A DNA stretch of 64,000 nucleotides. Source: Escherichia coli. Lineage in GTDB: Bacteria > Pseudomonadota > Gammaproteobacteria > Enterobacterales > Enterobacteriaceae. Where the stretch lies: NCBI RefSeq assembly GCF_013122565.1, contig NZ_CP053258.1. One strand, given 5' to 3'. Shown piece by piece: positions 55,508 through 64,000 of the stretch (position 1 is its first letter; the number at the start of each line of letters is the position of its first letter). The translations under genes were made by a program, and so were the position numbers. The notes beneath the pieces are model-generated. The model saw only the letters and a list, made by a program, of their open reading frames with translations, ran no database searches and had not been told where the DNA came from.

Positions 55508-56242
55508 TTATGCTGAGACAACAATCCCCTTTTTGGCAAATGCAGAGCGTAATCGGTGGGCAAACGCCAGCGCGTGCTCGCCGTCACCATGCAGGCAGAC
55601 CGTTTGTGCCGTTACTTTCGCCCATTCGCCAGTGATGCTTTTAACTCTGCCGTTTTGCACCATCTCCAGCGTCTGTGCAAGCGCCTGTTCTTCGTCTTCA
55701 ATCAGCGCGCCTGGCTGGCTTCGCGGCACCAGCGAGCCGTCAGCCTTGTAACCGCGATCGGCAAACACTTCCTCGCGCGTTGTCAGGCCATATTGCTTGC
55801 CTGCACGAATCAGCTCGCTTCCCGCCAGCCCGACGAGAATCAATGCCGGATCGCAAGCGTATACCGCTCTGGCGATGGCGTCTGCCAGTTGTGCCTCTTT
55901 CGCCGCCTGGTTGTATAACATGCCGTGCGGTTTAACATGGCGCATAACACCGCCTTGCGCACGGGCAATCGTTGCCAGCGCGCCAATTTGATACAGCGTC
56001 TGGGCGTAAACGGTTTCTGGCGGCAGCTGCATGACGCTGCGCCCAAAATTTTCCCTGTCGGGAAAACTCGGGTGAGCGCCAATCGCAACACCATTTTTTA
56101 TTGCTTCACGCACGCAAGCCTGCATGGTTTGCGCATCGCCTGCATGAAATCCACAGGCAATATTGGCAGAGGAAACCAGCGTTAATAGCTCTGCGTCGCT
56201 GGCATAGCCTTCGCCCAGATCGGCGTTCAGGTCAATTTTCAT
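55508..56242 (-). CDS. pxpA: 5-oxoprolinase subunit A (LamB/YcsF family)
   Basis: 244 aa, [36 protein letters not shown]. Confidence 0.9.
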   Translation of the reverse strand: MKIDLNADLGEGYASDAELLTLVSSANIACGFHAGDAQTMQACVREAIKNGVAIGAHPSFPDRENFGRSVMQLPPETVYAQTLYQIGALATIARAQGGVMRHVKPHGMLYNQAAKEAQLADAIARAVYACDPALILVGLAGSELIRAGKQYGLTTREEVFADRGYKADGSLVPRSQPGALIEDEEQALAQTLEMVQNGRVKSITGEWAKVTAQTVCLHGDGEHALAFAHRLRSAFAKKGIVVSA

Positions 56243-57164
56243 TGTGCAGCCGCCACGCTAATTGTTCGAAATAACGTTGCTGATCTTGCCGTGCTTTCAG
56301 TGCTTCTTCCAGTGAACACTGGACAAAATGAATCGGCTGACCGAGCGGAATTTGCGCCAGATGGTACATATCAGCCTCGATGATACAGGCAATACGCGGA
56401 TAACCACCGGTGGTCTGTGCGTCGTTCATCAACACAATCGGCTGCCCGTTATGCGGCACCTGCACCACGCCCGGTAACAAACCGTGAGATAACAGTTCGC
56501 GATCGGTGGTGCGTTTTAAAATTTGCCCCTGTAAGCGATAGCCCATACGGTTGCTTTGCGGGCTAAGCTGCCAGGGCGAACGCCAGAATGCATCCTGCGA
56601 GGCGCGATCGAACTCATGATATTCCGGCCCCGGCAAGGCACGAATGCGGTTGCCCCACAGCAGCTGTTTAACGCCCTGCGCTTCCATAAAATCACGCTTC
56701 GCTTTGCCAATCGGGAGCCGGTCACCATCCTTCAGTAAACGGCCTTCCAGCCCGCCAATCCCCACGTTGAGATCGGTGCTGCATGACCCCATTACCGGCG
56801 GAACATCAATACCACCCGCGACCGCCAGATAACTGCGCATCCCGTGCTGCGGGCGTTTAAGCGTTAAACGCTGGCCTGCTTTCATCGGCAATCGCCAGCC
56901 GGTCCAGACGGCGTTATCATCCAGCCGCGCTTCGCAACCTGCACCCGTCAGGGCAAACCACCCATCAGTTTCGAACTCAACCGTTAACTGACCGAGCGTG
57001 ATTTCCAGCGCGGGGGCATTGTCGTCATTACCCACCAGCAGGTTAGCAATGCGCAGCGCAGGCATATCCAGTGCGCCACAGTGGCTGATACCCGACTGGC
57101 GAAAACCGTGACGACCGCCATCCTGCACAGTGGTATACATGCCCGCACGAATAATCTTCAGCAT
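56232..57164 (-). CDS. pxpC: 5-oxoprolinase subunit C
   Basis: 310 aa ORF overlapping the pxpA start and the pxpB stop; conserved three-gene operon. Confidence 0.88.
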   Translation of the reverse strand: MLKIIRAGMYTTVQDGGRHGFRQSGISHCGALDMPALRIANLLVGNDDNAPALEITLGQLTVEFETDGWFALTGAGCEARLDDNAVWTGWRLPMKAGQRLTLKRPQHGMRSYLAVAGGIDVPPVMGSCSTDLNVGIGGLEGRLLKDGDRLPIGKAKRDFMEAQGVKQLLWGNRIRALPGPEYHEFDRASQDAFWRSPWQLSPQSNRMGYRLQGQILKRTTDRELLSHGLLPGVVQVPHNGQPIVLMNDAQTTGGYPRIACIIEADMYHLAQIPLGQPIHFVQCSLEEALKARQDQQRYFEQLAWRLHNEN

Positions 57165-57814
57165 ACTCCCTCCTTCTGCGGTACAAAGCGCACGCTGTCT
57201 CCCGGACGTAATAAGATGGGTTCGTCACGCGCCGGATCAAACAGGCTGAGTGAGGTGTGACCAATCAACTGCCAGCCACCCGGCGTCGCCAGCGGATAAA
57301 CGCCAGTCTGCGGCCCGCCGATCCCGACAGAACCTGCAGGAACGAGCAAGCGCGGTTCAGCGCGCCGTGGCGTGTGTAGTTGTTCCGGCAAACTCCCGAG
57401 ATACGGGAAGCCCGGTTGAAAACCTAAAAACCAGACCACGTATTCCACGGAGGAGTGCAATTCAACAACCTGTTTTTCGCTCAACCCACAATGCGCCGCG
57501 ACCACCGCCAAATCCGGTCCGCCTGCTCCACCGTAAACCACCGGAATTTCAATAAAGCGAGAATCCGGCTCCAGCGCCTCACTCTCCTCCCACCAGCGTT
57601 GCAAACGCTCTATGGCATCCAGCGCCAGCGACTCAGGATTACGCAAAATCACCGTGATATTGTTCATGCCGGGAATAGCTTCAACCACATTCGGCATATC
57701 CACCAGACGCTGTGCCAGTCGCCAGATCCGTTTCTGGCTAGCCAGCGTCACCGGCGGTTCCAGTTCCAGCACTACCGCCGTTTCACCTATCAGATAACAA
57801 CGCGCTCGTTGCAC
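57158..57814 (-). CDS. pxpB: 5-oxoprolinase subunit B
   Basis: 218 aa ORF downstream of ybgI. Confidence 0.88.
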   Translation of the reverse strand: MQRARCYLIGETAVVLELEPPVTLASQKRIWRLAQRLVDMPNVVEAIPGMNNITVILRNPESLALDAIERLQRWWEESEALEPDSRFIEIPVVYGGAGGPDLAVVAAHCGLSEKQVVELHSSVEYVVWFLGFQPGFPYLGSLPEQLHTPRRAEPRLLVPAGSVGIGGPQTGVYPLATPGGWQLIGHTSLSLFDPARDEPILLRPGDSVRFVPQKEGVC

Positions 57815-57836
57815 TTTCGATCCCTCTGATTATTCG

Positions 57837-58580
57837 TTATGCAGGATTAGGAATATCAATAAAGGTCACATCAAGATCGGTATTTCCATTCAGCCACTCG
57901 CTCAACGCGCGAATACCACCGCGTTCAGTGGCATGGTGACCCGCAGCATAAAAATGCAATCCCTGCTCGCGGGCTGAATGAATGGTCTGTTCAGAAACTT
58001 CGCCAGTAATAAAAGCATCCACGCCAAAACGCGCGGCGCTATCGATAAAACTTTGCCCGCCGCCCGTGCACCAGGCAACACGCTGGACCACCTCAGGTCC
58101 GGTATCGCCACACCATAACGGCTTACGTCCCAGGCGCGCTTCAATCCAGGAAGCCAGCTCCAGTCCCGGCACAGGCATGGTCAGCTCGCCCCACGGCACC
58201 AATGGCTCAATTTCGCCCATGACCGTGATCCCCAGTAACGCCGCCAGCTGTGCGTTATTGCCCAGCTCAGGATGTGCGTCAAGCGGCAAATGCCAGCCAT
58301 ACAGGTTGATATCATTCGCCAGCAAGGTTTTTAAACGGTTACGCTTCATGCCGCGAATGACCGGAGATTCGCCTTTCCAGAAGTAGCCATGATGCACAAT
58401 GACCGCATCCGCACCCAGACGCACTGCCTCATCGAGCAAAGCCTGGCTGGCGGTGACACCGGTAACAATTTTTTGCACCGTCTCTTTGCCTTCCACCTGC
58501 AAACCATTCGGCGCGTAATCACTAATCGCCGCGCTGTTCAGTTTTTCGTTAATCAGTTGTTCCAGTTCGGTGTTTTTCAT
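57837..58580 (-). CDS. ybgI: Nif3-family dinuclear metal-centre protein
   Basis: 247 aa, MKNTELEQLINEKLNSAAISDYAPNGLQVEG. Confidence 0.9.
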   Translation of the reverse strand: MKNTELEQLINEKLNSAAISDYAPNGLQVEGKETVQKIVTGVTASQALLDEAVRLGADAVIVHHGYFWKGESPVIRGMKRNRLKTLLANDINLYGWHLPLDAHPELGNNAQLAALLGITVMGEIEPLVPWGELTMPVPGLELASWIEARLGRKPLWCGDTGPEVVQRVAWCTGGGQSFIDSAARFGVDAFITGEVSEQTIHSAREQGLHFYAAGHHATERGGIRALSEWLNGNTDLDVTFIDIPNPA

Positions 58581-58667
58581 CTTCGCGCCTTCCGTATTCT
58601 GATAGCTACACCGTTAACATAGCGTTACCTCGCCTGTTCGTCGATAGCCAATCTTTTGACATATTAA

Positions 58668-60332
<1,665 letters not shown>

Positions 60333-60347
60333 CAGGCCAGCACCGAT

Positions 60348-60380
60348 GCCTGATAAGACGCTCGCTGCGTTTTATCAGGC
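60348..60380. repeat. REP-like palindrome between convergent dtpD and phr
   Basis: gcctgataagacgctcgctgcgttttatcaggc; its right arm overlaps the phr stop codon. Confidence 0.5.
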
Positions 60381-61793
60381 TCCTTTCCTCGCTTCTTCAT
60401 ACGCTGCCAGCGTTCGCAGCCTTGCCTCTTTGTGATCAACTATCGGTTGCGGATAATCCAGCATCACACCTGCTTTCTGCGCCCACTTCCACGGCTCATG
60501 CACCGCTTTCCCTGGTACATCGCGCAGCTCCGGTAACCATCGGCGGATAAACTCACCTTCGCGATCAAATTTCTCGCCCTGGGTTGTCGGGTTAAAAATA
60601 CGAAAATACGGCGCAGCATCGGTTCCGGTGGAGGCCGCCCATTGCCAGCCACCGTTATTGGCTGCCAAATCACCATCAATCAGCTGCGACATGAAATATC
60701 GCTCGCCTTCGCGCCAGTCGATCAATAAATCTTTCACCAGAAAACTGGCTGTAATCATCCGTAGCCGGTTATGCATCCAGCCAGTGTTGTTAAGCTGACG
60801 CATGGCGGCATCGACAATCGGGTATCCGGTTTTACCTTCCTGCCAGGCCTGTAAATGGGCGGGATTGCTTTGCCATTGCACGCGGTCGGTCCAGGCAATA
60901 AACGGTCGATGTTTACACAACGAGGGGTAATACGTCATTAGATGACGGTAGAACTCGCGCCAGATCAGCTCATTAAGCCAGACACTACCGGCCCCACCGT
61001 CCAGCGCCTGAGGCTGTTCCGCCAACAGGCGATGCAAACACTGGCGAGGCGATAACCCGCCCGTTGCCAGACTGGCGGACAAACGACTGGTGCCTTCCAC
61101 TGCCGGAAAATCTCGTTGTTGCTCATACTCTCCGGCACCGTTCTGGCAAAACTGGCGTAATTGCGCAATCACCGCTTTTTCTTCCACCGGGAAATGCGCA
61201 GTATCGAAAGACTGACGAGGATAATTCAGCGTAATGGATGGCGCGGGCTCTATCGATCCGCTACTACGAACTTTTGGTGCAGTGACGCACTCCGGCATCC
61301 CTTCCCGCAGCCGTTTCAGCCAGGCATTCTTAAAAGGCGTAAAGACTTTGTACATCTCGTGATTGCCGGTCATCACCGCCCCCGGCGGCAGGATCACGCT
61401 GTCATCAAATCCTTCACACACCACGTTACGCAGCGCCCTCTCAGCCTGCACATCCCGCGCCCGCTCATTCACCTCATACTGATAGTTATAAAACAGATGG
61501 GTAATGCGATTTTCCACGCACACCTGTTTAACTGTTTCGACACTGGCAGCAAAGTCATCCACTTCACGGAACAATAAAGGAATGCCTTTTTCCGCCAGCG
61601 CTATTCGTAGCCCATTCAGTTGCGCATTGATAAATTCAGCCTGACGCGGCGACATATTATGCACTGCCCACTGGCGCGGTGTAGCGATATACAACGCCAG
61701 CACGCGTGCAGACGAATTGCGGCAGGCGGCAGCCAGCGCGAGATTATCATGCAGACGTAAATCCTGGCGAAACCAGACCAGATGGGTAGTCAT
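60375..61793 (-). CDS. phr: deoxyribodipyrimidine photolyase
   Basis: 472 aa, MTTHLVWFRQDLRLHDNLAL (photolyase N-terminus) with a C-terminal FAD-binding domain. Confidence 0.93.
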   Translation of the reverse strand: MTTHLVWFRQDLRLHDNLALAAACRNSSARVLALYIATPRQWAVHNMSPRQAEFINAQLNGLRIALAEKGIPLLFREVDDFAASVETVKQVCVENRITHLFYNYQYEVNERARDVQAERALRNVVCEGFDDSVILPPGAVMTGNHEMYKVFTPFKNAWLKRLREGMPECVTAPKVRSSGSIEPAPSITLNYPRQSFDTAHFPVEEKAVIAQLRQFCQNGAGEYEQQRDFPAVEGTSRLSASLATGGLSPRQCLHRLLAEQPQALDGGAGSVWLNELIWREFYRHLMTYYPSLCKHRPFIAWTDRVQWQSNPAHLQAWQEGKTGYPIVDAAMRQLNNTGWMHNRLRMITASFLVKDLLIDWREGERYFMSQLIDGDLAANNGGWQWAASTGTDAAPYFRIFNPTTQGEKFDREGEFIRRWLPELRDVPGKAVHEPWKWAQKAGVMLDYPQPIVDHKEARLRTLAAYEEARKGA

Positions 61794-62299
61794 AAAGCTC
61801 CTGCATGGCGCAAGTTAATCACACGCGGCCAAAGTTCGAAATAACGCTGCCCTGAAAGCCAGGCGTCAGGATAAAGCGCCATATAGTGTTTGATACGCAT
61901 CAGCGGCGCAAGAAGCGGTTGCTCGCCACGGCGATAACTGTCGATAAGCGCAGCCAGCTGCTGGCGTTCTGTGGAATCAATATGTGGGCGAAAATAACCC
62001 TGAACGTGCATCAAAACGTTGGTGTGATCGCGCGTGTTGGCGGGGTGAGAAAGTAAAACGATTACACGTTGGCGGTACTGGTTGTAATAGTCATCCAGAT
62101 TTTGCCACCGATGAATATCAGCCACAAACGGGCCAAGTTTGCGGTATTCCGGCTGGTAATGCGCCAGAAAGACGAGTTTATAGCGGCTGTGATAATCGTT
62201 GAACGCCCCACGCGTTAGCCCATGTTCTTTCAGTCGATGTAACTCATGAAGGGCGAAGATACGGATTAGGGTGCTTTCATCAAATCGTTGCTGATTCAT
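61790..62299 (-). CDS. ybgA: DUF1722-family protein YbgA (co-transcribed with phr)
   Basis: ORF 61790..62368 trimmed to MNQQRFDESTLIRIFALHELHRLKEHGL after an aggag RBS; 169 aa; stop overlaps the phr start. Confidence 0.85.
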   Translation of the reverse strand: MNQQRFDESTLIRIFALHELHRLKEHGLTRGAFNDYHSRYKLVFLAHYQPEYRKLGPFVADIHRWQNLDDYYNQYRQRVIVLLSHPANTRDHTNVLMHVQGYFRPHIDSTERQQLAALIDSYRRGEQPLLAPLMRIKHYMALYPDAWLSGQRYFELWPRVINLRHAGAL

Positions 62300-62343
62300 T
62301 ACTGCTCCTGAACGGTTTACAGGAGTAAGTGTAGACGGCGAAA

Positions 62344-62372
62344 AGAAAAAAACCGCCAGCGTTTCCACTAGC
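62344..62372 (-). terminator. putative rho-independent terminator after ybfA
   Basis: Minus-strand aaaccgc-(loop)-gcggttt followed by uuuuuuucuuu; the loop is long, so confidence is moderate. Confidence 0.45.
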
Positions 62373-62400
62373 GGTTTTCAATGTATTCAAAACTCAGCAA

Positions 62401-62607
62401 TCAGTAAAAATCACCGGTTGCCTTTTCGGCCTGATCCATCCAAACCGGTTTATCGCTGGTTTTCGACCAGACGCGATGCAGGTAGCTGTAAAAGCGGGCG
62501 CGGTCTTTCCAGAAAAGCATGAAAGGCAGCGCCAGAACGCCCGCTGCAACCGCATAAGTACGGCGTAAAAAGATAAGCCATGCAGGATATTCTCTGTAGA
62601 GTTCCAT
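62401..62607 (-). CDS. ybfA: small membrane protein YbfA (DUF2517)
   Basis: 68 aa, [49 protein letters not shown]; divergent from kdpF. Confidence 0.8.
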
Positions 62608-62919
62608 ACTTTTCTCCCCCTTTTGTATCTACCCGGTGAATAGCACCGGAAAAATGAATTTGTTTATCTGATGAAAATAGTACCGCCTTTTGTGTAATTT
62701 TACTACTCATCCGACCACTTATTTTTGCTTATTGATGGTTTATTTACATTCATCCTGTAATTAAGTTACACAAAAGTTAAATTAATACTAAACGTTAGTT
62801 AAATCATGGCTTTTGCCATTTTTATACTTTTTTTACACCCCGTCCGCAGATTTTTGCGAAATCTTTGCAGCCAGAATTCTACCCTTCCGGTATCACTTTT
62901 AGGCCACTGGAGGTGCACT

Positions 62920-63009
62920 GTGAGTGCAGGCGTGATAACCGGCGTATTGCTGGTGTTTTTATTACTGGGTTATCTGGTTTATGCCCTGATCAATGCGGAG
63001 GCGTTCTGA
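62920..63009 (+). CDS. kdpF: K+-transporting ATPase small subunit KdpF (29 aa)
   Basis: GTG at 62920 after a GGAGG RBS; translates to (M)[28 protein letters not shown]; the 67-aa track ORF 62806..63009 is an unsupported extension of this frame. Confidence 0.8.
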
Positions 63010-64000
63010 TGGCTGCGCAAGGGTTCTTACTGATCGCCACGTTTTTACTGGTGTTAATGGTGCTGGCGCGCCCTTTAGGCAGCGGGCTGGCGCGGCTGAT
63101 TAATGACATACCTCTTCCCGGTACAGCGGGCGTTGAACGTATACTCTTTCGTTTACCTGGCGTCTCTGACAGTGAGATGAACTGGAAGCAGTATCTCTGT
63201 GCCATTCTCGGCCTGAACATGCTGGGGCTGGCGGTGCTGTTTTTCATGCTGCTCGGTCAGCACTATCTACCGCTTAATCCACAGCAGTTGCTGGGGCTGT
63301 CGTGGGATCTGGCGCTGAATACCGCCGTCAGCTTTGTCACGAATACCAACTGGCAATCTTATAGCGGTGAAACCACGTTGAGCTATTTCAGCCAGATGGC
63401 GGGCTTAACGGTGCAAAACTTTCTTTCTGCCGCCAGCGGGATTGCGGTGATTTTTGCCTTCATCCGTGCATTTACCCGCCAGAGCATGAGCACACTCGGG
63501 AATGCCTGGGTCGATCTGCTACGCATCACGTTATGGGTGCTAGTCCCTGTGGCGTTGTTGATCGCACTGTTTTTTATTCAACAAGGTGCACTGCAAAACT
63601 TTCAGCCTTATCAGGCGGTGAATACCGTTGAAGGAGCGCAACAGCTGTTACCAATGGGTCCGGTGGCTTCTCAGGAAGCGATCAAGATGCTCGGCACTAA
63701 CGGCGGTGGTTTCTTTAATGCCAACTCGTCGCATCCGTTTGAAAACCCAACCGCACTGACCAACTTCGTGCAGATGCTGGCGATCTTCTTGATCCCAACA
63801 GCGCTGTGCTTTGCCTTTGGTGAAGTGACGGGCGATCGCCGTCAGGGGCGCATGTTGCTGTGGGCGATGTCGGTGATTTTTGTCATCTGCGTAGGCGTGG
63901 TGATGTGGGCAGAAGTTCAGGGTAATCCTCATCTGCTGGCGCTGGGTGCGGACAGCAGCATCAATATGGAAGGTAAAGAGAGCCGTTTCGGCGTGCTGGT
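63009..64000 (+). CDS. kdpA: K+-transporting ATPase subunit A, 5' partial (runs past the window end)
   Basis: ATG at 63009 overlaps the kdpF stop (ATGA); begins [35 protein letters not shown]; open frame to the window edge, so absent from the ORF track. Confidence 0.9.
   Translation, partial: MAAQGFLLIATFLLVLMVLARPLGSGLARLINDIPLPGTAGVERILFRLPGVSDSEMNWKQYLCAILGLNMLGLAVLFFMLLGQHYLPLNPQQLLGLSWDLALNTAVSFVTNTNWQSYSGETTLSYFSQMAGLTVQNFLSAASGIAVIFAFIRAFTRQSMSTLGNAWVDLLRITLWVLVPVALLIALFFIQQGALQNFQPYQAVNTVEGAQQLLPMGPVASQEAIKMLGTNGGGFFNANSSHPFENPTALTNFVQMLAIFLIPTALCFAFGEVTGDRRQGRMLLWAMSVIFVICVGVVMWAEVQGNPHLLALGADSSINMEGKESRFGVL

Noticed and set aside
62450-62710. 86-aa minus-strand ORF overlapping ybfA
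   Set aside because: Different frame from the recognisable 68-aa YbfA; most likely spurious.

Overview
The window reads as an Escherichia coli-type chromosomal segment, in reverse orientation relative to K-12 numbering. The recognisable core runs galETKM, gpmA, aroG, ybgS, zitB, pnuC-nadA, the lysT-valT-lysW-valZ-lysY-lysZ-lysQ tRNA operon, cpoB-pal-tolBARQ-ybgC, ybgE-cydX-cydBA, then sucDCBA-sdhBADC, gltA, the ybgDQPO fimbrial operon, abrB, nei, pxpACB, ybgI, dtpD, phr, ybgA, ybfA and kdpF-kdpA (kdpA runs off the end). Gene names come from reading the translated ORFs against remembered E. coli proteins; no database search was run. The main point of interest is a ~15.7 kb accessory block between the cydA upstream region and the sucD terminator, where K-12 carries mngR-mngA-mngB. 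It contains (i) two AT-rich orphan ORFs of 314 and 140 aa, (ii) a nine-gene co-directional operon for coenzyme-B12-dependent glutamate mutase (S, L, E), 3-methylaspartate ammonia-lyase, two uncharacterised translationally coupled proteins, a GltP/DctA-family transporter, a FumA-like class I hydratase (candidate mesaconase) and a BtuR-like cob(I)alamin adenosyltransferase, and (iii) a LysR-family regulator divergent from a stand-alone RtcB-family RNA ligase paralogue. The methylaspartate enzymes are a known pathway; the embedded unknown pair, the LysR/RtcB pair and the orphan pair are the parts I cannot explain. I also added small genes and RNAs missing from the ORF track (cydX, kdpF, kdpA 5' part, seven tRNAs, a putative SdhX sRNA), several regulatory sites, terminators and REP clusters. 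No CRISPR array, integrase or transposase was seen.
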